Of a stretch of DNA of 64,000 nucleotides, positions 12,565 to 24,701 are shown piece by piece. Below the pieces are notes generated by a model. The model searched no databases. It saw only the letters and a list, made by a program, of their open reading frames with translations, and had not been told where the DNA came from. The DNA lies in NCBI RefSeq assembly GCF_988242995.1, contig NZ_OZ547043.1, one strand, 5' to 3'. The first letter of the stretch is position 1, and each line of letters begins with the position of its first letter. The position numbers were made by a program, and so were the translations under genes.

Positions 12565-14178
12565 ATGAAGCACTCTGTTTCAGTCACGTGTTGTGCGCTG
12601 TTGGTCAGCAGCATTTCTCTTTCGTATGCTGCTGAAGTTCCGAGCGGCACAGTACTGGCAGAGAAGCAGGAGCTGGTGCGCCACATTAAAGATGAGCCAG
12701 CGTCGCTGGATCCCGCTAAAGCCGTGGGCCTGCCGGAGATTCAGGTCATTCGCGATCTGTTTGAAGGACTGGTGAATCAGAACGAGAAAGGGGAGATTGT
12801 CCCCGGCGTTGCGACTCAGTGGAAAAGTAATGACAACCGTATCTGGACTTTTACCCTGCGCGATAACGCAAAATGGGCGGATGGCACACCGGTAACGACG
12901 CAAGATTTTGTCTACAGCTGGCAACGTCTGGTGGACCCAAAAACATTGTCGCCATTTGCATGGTTTGCCGCGCTGGCGGGAATCAACAACGCACAGGCGA
13001 TTATTGATGGTAAAGCCACGCCTGACCAGCTTGGCGTCACCGCAGTTGATGCCCATACTTTGAAAATCCAGCTTGATAAACCGTTGCCGTGGTTTGTGAA
13101 TTTAACCGCTAACTTTGCCTTCTTCCCGGTGCAAAAAGCCAACGTAGAAAGCAGTAAAGAGTGGACGAAACCCGGAAATCTGATCGGCAATGGCGCTTAT
13201 GTTCTTAAAGAGCGCGTAGTCAATGAAAAACTGGTCGTGGTACCGAATACCCATTATTGGGATAACGCCAAAACGGTGCTGCAAAAAGTGACCTTCCTGC
13301 CAATTAATCAGGAATCCGCAGCCACTAAGCGTTACCTCGCGGGGGATATTGATATCACCGAATCCTTCCCGAAAAATATGTATCAGAAGCTGTTGAAGGA
13401 TATTCCGGGGCAGGTTTATACGCCGCCGCAGCTCGGGACCTATTATTATGCGTTTAACACGCAAAAAGGGCCGACGGCCGATCAGCGTGTTCGCCTGGCA
13501 TTAAGTATGACGATAGATCGCCGCCTGATGACCGAAAAAGTGTTGGGGACGGGGGAAAAGCCAGCGTGGCATTTTACACCAGATGTTACTGCCGGTTTTA
13601 CGCCGGAGCCTTCGCCGTTTGAACAAATGAGTCAGGAAGAACTGAATGCGCAGGCAAAAACTTTGTTGAGCGCAGCTGGTTATGGTCCGCAAAAACCGCT
13701 GAAGCTGACGCTTTTGTATAACACTTCAGAAAACCATCAAAAAATTGCGATTGCTGTAGCATCGATGTGGAAAAAGAACCTTGGCGTAGATGTTAAATTG
13801 CAGAATCAGGAATGGAAAACCTATATCGATAGCCGTAACACCGGCAATTTTGATGTTATCCGCGCCTCATGGGTAGGGGATTATAATGAACCCTCCACTT
13901 TCCTTACGTTGTTAACGTCAACGCATTCAGGGAATATTTCACGCTTTAACAATCCGGCATACGACAAAGTACTGGCCCAGGCATCAACGGAAAATACCGT
14001 TAAAGCGCGTAATGCCGATTACAATGCGGCAGAAAAAATCCTCATGGAGCAAGCACCGATTGCACCAATTTATCAATATACCAATGGACGATTAATCAAG
14101 CCGTGGCTGAAAGGTTATCCCATTAATAACCCGGAAGATGTGGCGTACAGTCGGACTATGTATATTGTGAAGCATTGA
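12565..14178 (+). CDS. mppA: Murein tripeptide ABC transporter periplasmic binding protein
   Basis: 537 aa from MKHSVSVTCCALLVSSISLSYA (signal peptide); OppA-family. Confidence 0.92.
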   Translation: MKHSVSVTCCALLVSSISLSYAAEVPSGTVLAEKQELVRHIKDEPASLDPAKAVGLPEIQVIRDLFEGLVNQNEKGEIVPGVATQWKSNDNRIWTFTLRDNAKWADGTPVTTQDFVYSWQRLVDPKTLSPFAWFAALAGINNAQAIIDGKATPDQLGVTAVDAHTLKIQLDKPLPWFVNLTANFAFFPVQKANVESSKEWTKPGNLIGNGAYVLKERVVNEKLVVVPNTHYWDNAKTVLQKVTFLPINQESAATKRYLAGDIDITESFPKNMYQKLLKDIPGQVYTPPQLGTYYYAFNTQKGPTADQRVRLALSMTIDRRLMTEKVLGTGEKPAWHFTPDVTAGFTPEPSPFEQMSQEELNAQAKTLLSAAGYGPQKPLKLTLLYNTSENHQKIAIAVASMWKKNLGVDVKLQNQEWKTYIDSRNTGNFDVIRASWVGDYNEPSTFLTLLTSTHSGNISRFNNPAYDKVLAQASTENTVKARNADYNAAEKILMEQAPIAPIYQYTNGRLIKPWLKGYPINNPEDVAYSRTMYIVKH

Positions 14179-14228
14179 TGTGATGGGAATTGGCGTTACC
14201 CTTGTGGATAACGCCAGTGATGTCTGAT

Positions 14229-15260
14229 TTAGCGACCCTGGTCCGGCGGTGTAATGTTATCCATATACAGCGTCTGGCTGGGGAAGGCAAAGTCCGCGCC
14301 GTGTGACTGTACAATATCGATAATCTTCAAATAAACGTCTTGCTGTGCAGCAAGCCATTCAGCCCATACCGTGGTTTTGGTAAAGCAATAAACCATAATA
14401 TTTAATGACGAATCGGCAAACTGGTTGAAATAAACCAGTAAGGTTTGTCGCTGGTCGATGGCCGGGTGATTTTTCAGCATCTCACGTACGGCTTCGACAA
14501 TAACGCCCACTTTTGCCGCATCCTCATAACGTAAACCAATGGTCGTGGTAATGCGCCGGTTGGTCATTCGTCCAGGATTTTCTACGCTGATCGACGAAAA
14601 CAGCGAGTTCGGTACGTACAATGGACGATTATCAAAGGTCGTAATTTTGGTAATTCGCCAGCCAATTTCCGCTACTGTACCTTCGATATTTCTGTCCGGT
14701 GAACGGATCCAGTCGCCAATACTAAAAGGACGGTCGAAATAGAGCATAATCCCGGAAAAGAAGTTACTCAGAATATCTTTACCGGCCATACCGACAGCCA
14801 GACCACCAATACCACCAAAGGTCAACAAGCCAGAAAGGCTCATGCCGAAATGTTCGCCATAAAGCAGAACAAGCACCACAATAATGGTGATTTTGATGAT
14901 ACGCGACATAATCCGCGCACTGGTGATATCGCGACCTTTTTTAATCTGCTGTTTTTCAAACTGATTAATCAGCAGAAATAGCTTAATCGTCAGAATAACC
15001 GCAATCAGGGACGTACAGATAAAATCGATAACGCCTGGGGTGATAAATTTGAGTTTATAGTTTTCTATAACATAATTAATGATGCTACCAACAGCACTGA
15101 TAATTATGGTGTAGATTAAAAATTGCACCGCATGGAATAAAAAACCTTTTCTTTTACGATTTCCGCGGCGAAACCAAAAGCTCATCAGAATCAATGCTGC
15201 GCAGCTACCGAAAATAATGACCAGATTAAGCGCATTATTTGTAAACAGTTCAGCGATCAT
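14229..15260 (-). CDS. ynaI: MscS-family mechanosensitive channel
   Basis: 343 aa multi-TM protein with MscS-like C-terminal domain. Confidence 0.9.
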   Translation of the reverse strand: MIAELFTNNALNLVIIFGSCAALILMSFWFRRGNRKRKGFLFHAVQFLIYTIIISAVGSIINYVIENYKLKFITPGVIDFICTSLIAVILTIKLFLLINQFEKQQIKKGRDITSARIMSRIIKITIIVVLVLLYGEHFGMSLSGLLTFGGIGGLAVGMAGKDILSNFFSGIMLYFDRPFSIGDWIRSPDRNIEGTVAEIGWRITKITTFDNRPLYVPNSLFSSISVENPGRMTNRRITTTIGLRYEDAAKVGVIVEAVREMLKNHPAIDQRQTLLVYFNQFADSSLNIMVYCFTKTTVWAEWLAAQQDVYLKIIDIVQSHGADFAFPSQTLYMDNITPPDQGR

Positions 15261-15503
15261 TGTTTTATCAGGCTCCTCCAGATAATTGTCGTCATGCCGG
15301 AAACCCCTGGCGGGGCTATTTTACCGCGACAATTCATTCAGATCATCAATAGTCAGGGAAGGAAGTAGCAACATTAGCTAACTAATCAATGCGTTGATTG
15401 TAAATCCAGCTAAGAGGTAAGGTTTTCAGAGCAGACAACGGTAAAATGTCATGGTATTGTTACGTTTAGGTAACAAGAAATTTGTCTGCACAAGGATTAC
15501 ATC

Positions 15504-15761
15504 ATGATTATGGCGAAACTGAAGTCAGCGAAAGGGAAGAAATTTCTCTTTGGTTTGTTGGCGGTTTTCATTATTGCGGCGTCGGTTGTGACTCGCGCGA
15601 CCATCGGCGGCGTTATAGAACAGTACAATATTCCGCTGTCTGAGTGGACGACATCAATGTATGTGATTCAGTCATCGATGATTTTTGTTTATAGCCTGGT
15701 CTTTACTGTGTTGCTGGCAATACCGTTGGGAATTTATTTTCTTGGCGGCGAAGAGCAGTAA
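15504..15761 (+). CDS. ynaJ: Small inner membrane protein YnaJ (DUF2534)
   Basis: 85 aa, two hydrophobic segments. Confidence 0.85.
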   Translation: MIMAKLKSAKGKKFLFGLLAVFIIAASVVTRATIGGVIEQYNIPLSEWTTSMYVIQSSMIFVYSLVFTVLLAIPLGIYFLGGEEQ

Positions 15762-15810
15762 GTAAAAAATAGGCCCGATAACTCGGGCCTTGTCAGTTAT
15801 TGAAGAGTCG

Positions 15811-16761
15811 TTAATCGTCTTCTTCGTCATCCAGTTCAACGGGTGTCTGATACTGGTCAGGTTTAATGACCAGCAGGTCGCAGCGAAGATGATCAATCAC
15901 CTGTTCCGCCGTGTTGCCGAGGAATGCTGCTGAAATACCGGTGCGTCCGACCGTGCCCAGAACCACAATCCCCGCCTGTAAATGCTCCGCCAAATCAGGA
16001 ATCACCTCTTCTGGCAGACCTTTTTCTACGTGCGTCATGTTTTCATTAATGCCGAATTTCTGCCGCAGGGCTTTCATTGCCAGCAAATGTTGCCCACGAA
16101 TGGCATCGTTATAAACGCTCGGATCAAATTCCGGCAGTTCAATCGCGATATTAATTGGCGTTACCGGATAAGCGCCAACCAGATGAACTTCAGTATGGTT
16201 GACTTGTTCTGCCAGTTCGATCGTCTCTTTGACCAGTTTTTCATTGAGCGCATTATGGTACGGCTCTTCACTGGCGAGATTCACCGCCACCAGCGCCTTA
16301 CCCCCTTCCGGCCACGGCTGGTCTTTCACCATCCACACCGGGCTTGGGCATTTGCGTAACAGATGCCAGTCCGTTGGCGTAAAAATCACCGCTTCCAGAC
16401 GGTCATGTTGGTGCGCCATTTTTAGCACCAAATCGTGCCCGCCGCTGATCACTTCCTGAATGATGGCTTCGAAAGGACGGTTATGCCAGACCACTTTAAT
16501 TTCAATGGGAACGCCAGCATTGAGATAATATTTTGCCTGCTCGTGGATCCAGGCTGTACGCTGGCTGATGACGCCCTGACGCATAGCGGTACGTTCGTCC
16601 GGAGAGAGCAGGGTGGTCATTTCGTATGAGAAGTCATAGATCGGCAAAAAGGCTTTAATTTTGCCACCAATCCGTTGATGTAAATAAACAGCTCGCCGCA
16701 ATGCTGGTTGGTCGTCCTGGTTAGGATCGATAACAACGAGCATGTTCTGATACATAGCCAT
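15811..16761 (-). CDS. uspE: Universal stress protein E (tandem Usp domains)
   Basis: 316 aa from [29 protein letters not shown]. Confidence 0.93.
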   Translation of the reverse strand: MAMYQNMLVVIDPNQDDQPALRRAVYLHQRIGGKIKAFLPIYDFSYEMTTLLSPDERTAMRQGVISQRTAWIHEQAKYYLNAGVPIEIKVVWHNRPFEAIIQEVISGGHDLVLKMAHQHDRLEAVIFTPTDWHLLRKCPSPVWMVKDQPWPEGGKALVAVNLASEEPYHNALNEKLVKETIELAEQVNHTEVHLVGAYPVTPINIAIELPEFDPSVYNDAIRGQHLLAMKALRQKFGINENMTHVEKGLPEEVIPDLAEHLQAGIVVLGTVGRTGISAAFLGNTAEQVIDHLRCDLLVIKPDQYQTPVELDDEEDD

Positions 16762-16912
16762 ACAGGGTCTCCTTACAACAACTGTCAACGCAGTTTGTAA
16801 TTAAAAGATTAACCCATATCTGGTGAATGAAACAGTGATGAACCTTCTGCCAGATCAATAAATCAGAAAAATTTAATGATATGACAGAAGGATAGTGAGT
16901 TATGCGGAAAAA

Positions 16913-17665
16913 TCAGGCAACGTTACGCGTATGACCAGCAAGCTGGGCCAGCGCATCGTTATTTTCGATGGTGATGTATTTACCTTTGACTGCCAGCATA
17001 CCGCTTTTCTGGAAGCGACCCAGCAGACGGCTGATGGTTTCTACCGTCAGGCCCAGATAGTTACCGATATCGCCACGAGTCATCGTCAGGCGGAATTCAC
17101 GAGGGGAGAAGCCGCGTTGGGCAAAACGACGGGACAGGTTGTAGATGAATGCAGCCAGACGTTCCTCGGCATTTTTCTTCGACAACAGCAGGATCATGTC
17201 CTGATCGCCTTTGATTTCACCGCTCATCAGACGCATCATCTGCTGACGCAGATTCGGCATTTTACCGGACAAATCGTCCAGCGTTTCGAACGGGATTTCA
17301 CATACCATCGAGGTTTCCAGCGCCTGCGCGAAGCTCGGGTGATGACCGCTGCCGATTGCATCAAATCCCACCAGGTCACCAGCTAAATGGAAACCAGTGA
17401 TTTGCTCGTCGCCTTGCTCAGTAATGGTATAACTTTTAATCGTACCGGAGCGGATGGCATAAAGCGATTTTAGTTCATCACCAGCCTTAAACAGCGTCTG
17501 GCCTTTCTGAATAGGCTTCTTCCGCTCAATGATATTATCAAGCTGATCAAGCTCATGTTCGTTGAGTGTGAACGGGATGCAAAGCTGGCTGATGCTGCAA
17601 TCCTGGCAATGGATAGCACAACCGCCAGACTGAATGCGCCGTATAATTCGCTTTTCCGGGATCAT
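16913..17665 (-). CDS. fnr: Global anaerobic regulator FNR
   Basis: 250 aa from [29 protein letters not shown] (N-terminal Cys cluster); CRP-family HTH. Confidence 0.96.
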
Positions 17666-17859
17666 AGGTCTGCTCAAGCCGTAATTGATATTTGTCAATT
17701 TTAACATCTTTTTAGGGAGCAAGTAAGTCTAAGCAAACCTTAACAGCAGAGAATTCCGATATTAGATGTAAATATATGTCTATCTATTTGAAAACCCTTA
17801 AGTTGTTAAGGGTAACTTTACATAAAAGTGTGAACAAGCTGGCACAAATTGTTTAATGT

Positions 17860-18375
17860 TTACAGCAAAAGATAACCTTCGTGGCGTAATAACCACTCTT
17901 TTCGCTGAACTCTGCCTGCATATCCGGTCATGGTACCGTTTCTGCCAATGACCCGATGACAAGGCACAACAATGCTGATGGGATTCGATCCATTTGCCGC
18001 ACCTACGGCACGCGCCGCACCGGGGCGGCCCAATTGTTCAGCCAGTTGGCCGTAATGCATTACCTGCCCGCAGGGGATAGTACGTAGTGTTTTCCAGACT
18101 TCGCGCTGAAATGGCGTCCCCCCCGTGGCAGTGGGAAGCGTATCAATAATGCTAAGATTACCGGCAAAATATTCACGAAGCTTGTCACTTAAACCACCTG
18201 GGTTGGTGGCAGAAATGCGTTCATAGCCTTCTTTGCGGTAATGGATGTCCAGCAGCTGCACCATGCGTTCGCTGTACTCTTCCCATTCAACCGCCCGCAG
18301 GCGAAATTGCTCATCGCAAATCACCCACAGTGGACCCAGTGGCGTGACAATTTTTTCTTCAAGTAATCTCAGCAT
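17860..18375 (-). CDS. ogt: O6-methylguanine-DNA methyltransferase
   Basis: 171 aa with PCHRV active-site motif. Confidence 0.95.
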   Translation of the reverse strand: MLRLLEEKIVTPLGPLWVICDEQFRLRAVEWEEYSERMVQLLDIHYRKEGYERISATNPGGLSDKLREYFAGNLSIIDTLPTATGGTPFQREVWKTLRTIPCGQVMHYGQLAEQLGRPGAARAVGAANGSNPISIVVPCHRVIGRNGTMTGYAGRVQRKEWLLRHEGYLLL

Positions 18376-18385
18376 CCGTTCTCTC

Positions 18386-19912
18386 TTAAGACAAACGTGG
18401 GTAAATCCCCGGACCTATCGGCAGACCGACAAGATACCACGCCAGCAACATCAGCAGCCATACCACCAAAAAGATAAGTGGATAGGGCAAAACTAACGAA
18501 TAGTAAGTACCCAGTTTCGCGTCTGGTTTGTAGCGTTGCAGGAATCCAAGAAACAGTGGAACAAAAGGAGATACCGGCGCTAAAGGCAATACGGATGAGT
18601 CGGCAATACGAAAGAGGATTTGCGCAAATGCCGGGTGAAAGCCAAGTAGCATAAACATCGGTACGAAAATGGGGGCCAGAATCGACCAGATTGCGGAACC
18701 GCTGGCGATAAACATGCATAAGAAAGAGGAAAGCAACTCCAGACCGACAAACGCCGGGATGCCGCTAAGCCCTGAACTTTCCAGTATATCGGTCAGCCCC
18801 ACGGCGATGAATTTCCCCATGTTGCTCCAGTTAAACATGGCGACAAACTGGGCGAGGGGAAAAACCATCACGATAAATCCCGCCATCTCTTTCATCGGTT
18901 CAATCATTAATTGCGGTAAATCCGCCTGATGTCGAATTGTGCGGGTAGCGATGCCATAAGCCAGCGAGACCACAAAGAAAAAAAGAATGATCAGTGGCAC
19001 GATACCTTTAATAAAGGGTGATGGCATCACGGTGTGATTAATTGGATCGCGCAATATCCCGTTTTCCGGGATCACCATCAGCGCAATCGCAGCAATAAAA
19101 AGTAGCGATACGACACCTGCTATGCGTAAACCAAAACGCTGACTTTCGGTCAATGTCTGCAGTTTCTCATCGCTGTTTCCCTGCCATTGACCTAACCGTG
19201 GCTCGATGATTTTGTCGGTTATCAGGCCGCCAACAATCGTCAGTACGACTACGGAGCTGGCCATAAAATACCAGTTATCAATTACACTGACGTGCATTTG
19301 CGGATTGAACGCAGCCGCCGCTTCCGTGCTGATCCCCGACAGCAACACGTCGGTTGTGACAATCAGTAAATTAGCCGTAAAGCCGCAACCTACGCCTGCA
19401 ATGGCGGCAAGTAAACCTGCAACTGGATGCCTGCCCACCGCCAGAAAAATTAGCGCACCCATCGGTGGCATGATCACTAACGCCGCATCGGAAGAAATGT
19501 GGCTGAAAAAAGCAATAAACAGCACCATATAACTGGCGTAGCGGGCATTCACATGCGATGCCATTTTAACCATCAACGCTGGCAGTAAGCCGACGCGCTC
19601 CGCCAGACCGGCACCTAAAACCAGCGCCAGGATCGCACCAAGTGGAGCAAAACCGCTAAAGTTTTTAATAACATTGGGTAAAAACCAGTGTAATCCTTCC
19701 ACACTGAGCAGGTTTTTCACGACCACCGGCGTACCATCGGTCGGGTTTTTCGCACTGACGCCAAAGGCCGACAAAATTGCCGTCGTCACCATGAGTACGA
19801 TAATCAAATAGATAAAGAGCAAAAAAGGATGGGGAACCTTGTTACCAATTCTTTCGACCCAGCCATAGAGCTTCCCGGATTGGGAGGACGACGGTATGGA
19901 TGACATACTCAT
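18386..19912 (-). CDS. abgT: p-Aminobenzoyl-glutamate transporter
   Basis: 508 aa polytopic membrane protein from [18 protein letters not shown]. Confidence 0.92.
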   Translation of the reverse strand: MSMSSIPSSSQSGKLYGWVERIGNKVPHPFLLFIYLIIVLMVTTAILSAFGVSAKNPTDGTPVVVKNLLSVEGLHWFLPNVIKNFSGFAPLGAILALVLGAGLAERVGLLPALMVKMASHVNARYASYMVLFIAFFSHISSDAALVIMPPMGALIFLAVGRHPVAGLLAAIAGVGCGFTANLLIVTTDVLLSGISTEAAAAFNPQMHVSVIDNWYFMASSVVVLTIVGGLITDKIIEPRLGQWQGNSDEKLQTLTESQRFGLRIAGVVSLLFIAAIALMVIPENGILRDPINHTVMPSPFIKGIVPLIILFFFVVSLAYGIATRTIRHQADLPQLMIEPMKEMAGFIVMVFPLAQFVAMFNWSNMGKFIAVGLTDILESSGLSGIPAFVGLELLSSFLCMFIASGSAIWSILAPIFVPMFMLLGFHPAFAQILFRIADSSVLPLAPVSPFVPLFLGFLQRYKPDAKLGTYYSLVLPYPLIFLVVWLLMLLAWYLVGLPIGPGIYPRLS

Positions 19913-19948
19913 GGGCATTCCTCGTTTGTTGTGTTTGCGTTGTTGTTG

Positions 19949-21394
19949 TTATTTTAAAGGTGACGGTGTCACGTTTTTCGGGATAGGGCAGTGATACGGT
20001 TGCGTGTCCGTAACTTGCTGATGCTCTTGTTGGCATTCTTGCAATAGCCCTGAATCAATGAAGAGATTAAGTGTGGTTGCTGCCATAGTTTTCGCCGCCA
20101 GCAGCATTCCTTTATGAGCAATAGATGTTCGCCCCTGGCTAACCAGTTGCCACGTATGTAGCGGGGTACCGACGGCAAAGCAGGGGCTGAAACACTGGGC
20201 AACAGGCAGTTTCCAACTGACGTCGCCGACATCAGTCGATGCCGCAAGCACGTTATCGGTGGCGGCATATGGAGCGACTTCATTCGCCAGTACCGTTTCA
20301 CGATGACGTAGTGCAAAAGCCTTGCCGTTTTCGCCACCGGTTGCAGCGATATTATTCAGACTGTTTTGCCGATCGTTGGGGGTGAGCGTAGCCTGAATTT
20401 GTTTCGCAAAAGCCAGTTCTTCGCAGTTCCATTCCGGAGTACCAAAATGGGATAGGGCCTGGTACATGGCATTTTCTAAGGTGCGATTCGGGAGATAACT
20501 GGAACAGGCTTTGTCGAAGCGGCATTCAACCGTGGTTTCGGTCATCAATGCCGCACCTTCGGCGATTTTGGCGACCCGATCATAAATATGCTGCACATCG
20601 GTCATTTCGGGGGCGCGGATAAGATAAAGCACTTCTGCCTGCGCCTGGACCACGTTGGGCGAGATCCCGCCGCTATCTATGATGGCATAGTGTACGCGCG
20701 CTTTTTCAATAATATGTTCGTTGAGGAAGTTGGTGCCAGTGGTCATCAACGTTACGGCATCAAGGGCGCTGCGTCCCAAATGAGGGGAGTTCGCGGCATG
20801 TGCTGCGATCCCTTTAAAGCGCCATGATGCCTGAATGTTTGCCAGCGTGCGGGTATTGAACATACCGGCAAAGGCTTCCGGGTGCCAGGTGAGTGCCGCA
20901 TCCACATCATCAAATACCCCCTCGCGGACCATGAACGCTTTACCCGAGCCGCCTTCTTCGCCAGGACAACCATAAAAGCGCACCGTGCCGCCTTGCCCAT
21001 ATTGTTCCAGCCATTTCTTGACGGCTATTGCTGCGGCAAAGGCGGCGGTTCCCAGCAAATTGTGTCCGCAACCGTGACCATTTTCACCGGGCGTCGCGGA
21101 TGTAGGTTGCGCGCAACCTGCTTGCTGACTTAAACCTGCCAGGGCGTCATATTCCCCCAGCAGGGCGATAACCGGTTTGCCTTGACCAAACGAAGCAATA
21201 AAGGCATTTGGGATATTGCCTACGTTGCGGGTAACGGTGAAGCCTGCAGACTCCAGCGCCGAAGCCAGATGCTCCGCTGACCAGAACTCTTCAAAACGTG
21301 TTTCTGGATGATCCCAGATTTGATCGGCAATATCGGTATAACGTTGGCGATCGGCTTCAATCGCATCGTCGATAAAACGATAGATTTCCTGCAT
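19949..21394 (-). CDS. abgB: p-Aminobenzoyl-glutamate hydrolase subunit B (M20 peptidase)
   Basis: 481 aa MQEIYRFIDDAIEADRQRYTDIADQIWDHPE. Confidence 0.92.
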   Translation of the reverse strand: MQEIYRFIDDAIEADRQRYTDIADQIWDHPETRFEEFWSAEHLASALESAGFTVTRNVGNIPNAFIASFGQGKPVIALLGEYDALAGLSQQAGCAQPTSATPGENGHGCGHNLLGTAAFAAAIAVKKWLEQYGQGGTVRFYGCPGEEGGSGKAFMVREGVFDDVDAALTWHPEAFAGMFNTRTLANIQASWRFKGIAAHAANSPHLGRSALDAVTLMTTGTNFLNEHIIEKARVHYAIIDSGGISPNVVQAQAEVLYLIRAPEMTDVQHIYDRVAKIAEGAALMTETTVECRFDKACSSYLPNRTLENAMYQALSHFGTPEWNCEELAFAKQIQATLTPNDRQNSLNNIAATGGENGKAFALRHRETVLANEVAPYAATDNVLAASTDVGDVSWKLPVAQCFSPCFAVGTPLHTWQLVSQGRTSIAHKGMLLAAKTMAATTLNLFIDSGLLQECQQEHQQVTDTQPYHCPIPKNVTPSPLK

Positions 21395-22704
21395 CAGATA
21401 CCTCGCGTCCAGGGAAAATTGAGCGCGGTGCGCGCCAGCGTTTCGACGGCAATAGCGAGAACCTGCTCGTCAAAATCGAATTTTTCGTTGTGATGACCTG
21501 CCGCCAGCTGTGTGCCAAACACCATATAGGAGGCTTGCCCTTGATGTTGCTGCACGCGGGCCATCATTAATGTGGCATCTTCGGAACCCGCAGGCGCTTC
21601 AACACGTTCAATGGCCTGATTGACCCCCGCGACCTGAGCTGCCTGACTTTGCAACCATGCGACCCATTGCGGCGAAGGAGAACTGGCGGTAGCTGCACCC
21701 ATCAGACGAGTTTCAACGCCGACACCATACATGGTTGCTGCGCCCTGAATCGCTTGTTGTGCACGGTCAAAAACATATTGATTAATGACGTCGCTGGCCC
21801 CGCGTGTTTCCACTTTCAGCAACGCTGAGGCGGGAACAACATTACGACCGCTTCCTGCCTGCATAACGCCCACGTTTACTCTGGAAGCGCCTTCGCTGTG
21901 CGGGGCGATTGCATGCAGTGCAAGAGTTGCTTGTGCTGCCGCCAACAAGGCATTGTGACCGTCTTCTGGTTTTGCGCCTGCGTGAGCGGCGGTCCCGGTG
22001 AAGTGCGCGTCAAATTTGGTGGTTGCCATAAAATTATCACTGCCGCACACCACGGTGCCCGCAGGTACGCCAGTGCCAATGTGCACGGCAGTAAAATAAT
22101 CAACATCATCCACTACACCTGCATCGACCATCGCCCGCGCGCCACGCGTACCTTCTTCTGCAGGTTGAAAAATCAGTTTGATGACGCCATGTAGTCCGGA
22201 CTCGAACTGTTTAAGGGTATGCGCCAGCCCAAGCCCAATGGTGGTATGTCCATCATGACCACAGGCATGCATCATTCCGGCGTTACATGACGCAAAACCG
22301 TCGCGGTAGGGGCGATGGCTGACATCCTGCTCTTCACTGAGATCCAGCGCGTCCATATCGACACGGAAAGCCATCACCGGACCGGGGCGACCGGTATCCA
22401 GGGTGGCGACGATACCAGTGAAACCGCCTTCAAAAGCCGCAATCCATTGTTCTAGCGCACCCTGTTGACGAGCGCGCTCGAATTCGCGTTGTAGAGTGAA
22501 TTCATCAGGTAATCCCATCCGGCTACTTTCATTAACTACTTCGCGGCCCAGCGCCAGTGAATAACCGAGCTGGTGCAATTCTTCCGCAACAAGGGTGGCA
22601 GTGCGGAATTCCACCCAGCCAGACTCTGCATAGTGGTGAAAATCACGTCGCCAGTGCGATAATTTTGGGGCAAGCGAATTAATAAATTGATTCAAAGACT
22701 CCAT
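21394..22704 (-). CDS. abgA: p-Aminobenzoyl-glutamate hydrolase subunit A (M20 peptidase)
   Basis: 436 aa from MESLNQFINSLAPKLSHWRRDFHHYAESGW. Confidence 0.92.
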   Translation of the reverse strand: MESLNQFINSLAPKLSHWRRDFHHYAESGWVEFRTATLVAEELHQLGYSLALGREVVNESSRMGLPDEFTLQREFERARQQGALEQWIAAFEGGFTGIVATLDTGRPGPVMAFRVDMDALDLSEEQDVSHRPYRDGFASCNAGMMHACGHDGHTTIGLGLAHTLKQFESGLHGVIKLIFQPAEEGTRGARAMVDAGVVDDVDYFTAVHIGTGVPAGTVVCGSDNFMATTKFDAHFTGTAAHAGAKPEDGHNALLAAAQATLALHAIAPHSEGASRVNVGVMQAGSGRNVVPASALLKVETRGASDVINQYVFDRAQQAIQGAATMYGVGVETRLMGAATASSPSPQWVAWLQSQAAQVAGVNQAIERVEAPAGSEDATLMMARVQQHQGQASYMVFGTQLAAGHHNEKFDFDEQVLAIAVETLARTALNFPWTRGI

Positions 22705-22879
22705 AACCTTTCCCGTCATCAGTAAAAAGTGTGACCCGGTTCACGTAGCGATAGTTTTTACTTATCACTAACTGATTTTTCACAGTTTTAACCGTTCATA
22801 AATTACCCTGACACAATCATCTGCATTAAAGTAGATGCCAGTTTCTTTGGTCTGATAAATAACGGTTATCGGTGGCGTC

Positions 22880-23788
22880 ATGGCTTTTCAGGTAAAAATT
22901 CATCAAATTCGGGCTTTTGTTGAAGTGGCTCGTCAGGGCAGCATTCGCGGAGCGAGCCGAATGTTGAATATGTCGCAACCGGCACTGAGTAAATCTATTC
23001 AGGAGCTGGAAGAAGGGTTGGCGGCACAACTCTTTTTTCGCCGTAGTAAAGGCGTGACGTTAACTGATGCCGGCGAAAGTTTTTATCAGCACGCCAGTCT
23101 TATTCTTGAAGAGCTGCGCGCAGCGCAAGAGGATATTCGCCAACGACAAGGGCAACTGGCAGGGCAAATTAATATCGGCATGGGGGCCAGTATTTCCCGC
23201 AGTCTGATGCCAGCTGTCATATCTCGTTTTCATCAGCAGCATCCGCAGGTAAAAGTACGCATTATGGAAGGGCAACTGGTATCGATGATTAATGAATTGC
23301 GCCAGGGGGAACTGGATTTCACCATCAATACCTATTATCAGGGACCCTACGACCACGAATTTACTTTTGAGAAATTACTGGAAAAGCAATTCGCGATCTT
23401 TTGCCGCCCGGGACACCCCGCCATTGGTGTCCGTTCGATCAAACAGTTACTGGACTACAGCTGGACAATGCCGACGCCACACGGCAGCTACTACAAACAG
23501 TTGAGTGAATTGCTTGACGATCAGGCGCAAACGCCACAGGTCGGTGTAGTCTGCGAGACGTTCTCAGCCTGTATCAGTCTGGTGGCAAAAAGCGATTTTC
23601 TCAGCATACTGCCTGAAGAAATGGGCTGCGATCCCTTGCACGGACAGGGGCTGGTGATGTTGCCGGTTAGCGAAATTTTACCGAAAGCGACCTATTATTT
23701 GATTCAGCGGCGTGATAGTCGCCAGACACCACTGACCGCGTCATTAATCACGCAATTTCGGCGAGAATGCGGCTATCTGCAAAGTTAA
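22880..23788 (+). CDS. abgR: LysR-family regulator AbgR
   Basis: 302 aa; divergent from abgABT. Confidence 0.92.
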   Translation: MAFQVKIHQIRAFVEVARQGSIRGASRMLNMSQPALSKSIQELEEGLAAQLFFRRSKGVTLTDAGESFYQHASLILEELRAAQEDIRQRQGQLAGQINIGMGASISRSLMPAVISRFHQQHPQVKVRIMEGQLVSMINELRQGELDFTINTYYQGPYDHEFTFEKLLEKQFAIFCRPGHPAIGVRSIKQLLDYSWTMPTPHGSYYKQLSELLDDQAQTPQVGVVCETFSACISLVAKSDFLSILPEEMGCDPLHGQGLVMLPVSEILPKATYYLIQRRDSRQTPLTASLITQFRRECGYLQS

Positions 23789-23794
23789 AACTGC

Positions 23795-23890
23795 ATAAAA
23801 AAATAGAGCCTGTCGACATCCGCCAGACTCTACAGTACACACAGCAGTGCATCCTCGTCTTAAATCCGGCCTGGTCTCCTCTGTGCCGGT
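23795..23890 (-). ncRNA. mcaS: Small regulatory RNA McaS (IsrA)
   Basis: Minus-strand sequence ACCGGCACAGAGGAGACCAGGCCGGA...GACAGGCUCUAUUUUUUUAUG with terminal hairpin and U-run, in abgR-smrA intergenic region as in K-12. Confidence 0.8.
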
Positions 23891-24117
23891 GACTGTGTTA
23901 TAACGGTTTTAACCTTTAGTTGCCAATTTTCTTCAGTGACAGATTTCACGAAAATATAAGTTACATTATTAATATCGTGAATGAATAATCATGCATAAGC
24001 ATTTTGCTTAAAATATCGGCAACATTTGGAACTCATTACTGGAAATTTGGGTAATACGTTGTTGGACCGACCCGGTCTGGTTATCATATCGCGCTCTTAA
24101 TTGCGGGAGGATGTAAC

Positions 24118-24681
24118 ATGAACCTTGACGACAAATCGCTGTTTCTTGACGCCATGGAAGATGTCCAGCCGCTGAAACGTGCTACAGATGTCCACTGGCA
24201 TCCAACGCGTAACCAACGTGCGCCGCAGCGTATCGACACGCTGCAACTTGATAATTTCCTCACCACCGGATTTCTCGACATCATCCCGCTAAGTCAGCCG
24301 CTGGAGTTTCGGCGGGAAGGGTTGCAACATGGGGTGCTGGATAAGCTGCGCAGTGGTAAATATCCGCAACAGGCGAGCCTGAATCTTTTGCGCCAGCCGG
24401 TGGAAGAGTGCCGCAAAATGATGTTCAGTTTCATTCAACAAGCCATGGCGGATGGTTTGCGTAACGTGCTGATTATTCATGGTAAAGGGCGGGATGATAA
24501 ATCGCATGCCAATATTGTCCGCAGCTATGTGGCGCGCTGGCTGACCGAATTTGATGATGTTCAGGCATATTGCACCGCGCTACCGCATCATGGCGGCAGC
24601 GGGGCGTGTTACGTCGCACTACGTAAAACGGCGCAGGCGAAGCAAGAAAACTGGGAGCGCCACGCTAAGCGCAGCCGTTGA
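24118..24681 (+). CDS. smrA: Smr-domain DNA endonuclease SmrA (YdaL)
   Basis: 187 aa MNLDDKSLFLDAMEDVQPLKRATDVHWHP. Confidence 0.88.
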   Translation: MNLDDKSLFLDAMEDVQPLKRATDVHWHPTRNQRAPQRIDTLQLDNFLTTGFLDIIPLSQPLEFRREGLQHGVLDKLRSGKYPQQASLNLLRQPVEECRKMMFSFIQQAMADGLRNVLIIHGKGRDDKSHANIVRSYVARWLTEFDDVQAYCTALPHHGGSGACYVALRKTAQAKQENWERHAKRSR

Positions 24682-24701
24682 TCTCGAGACGCATCCGCGG
24701 C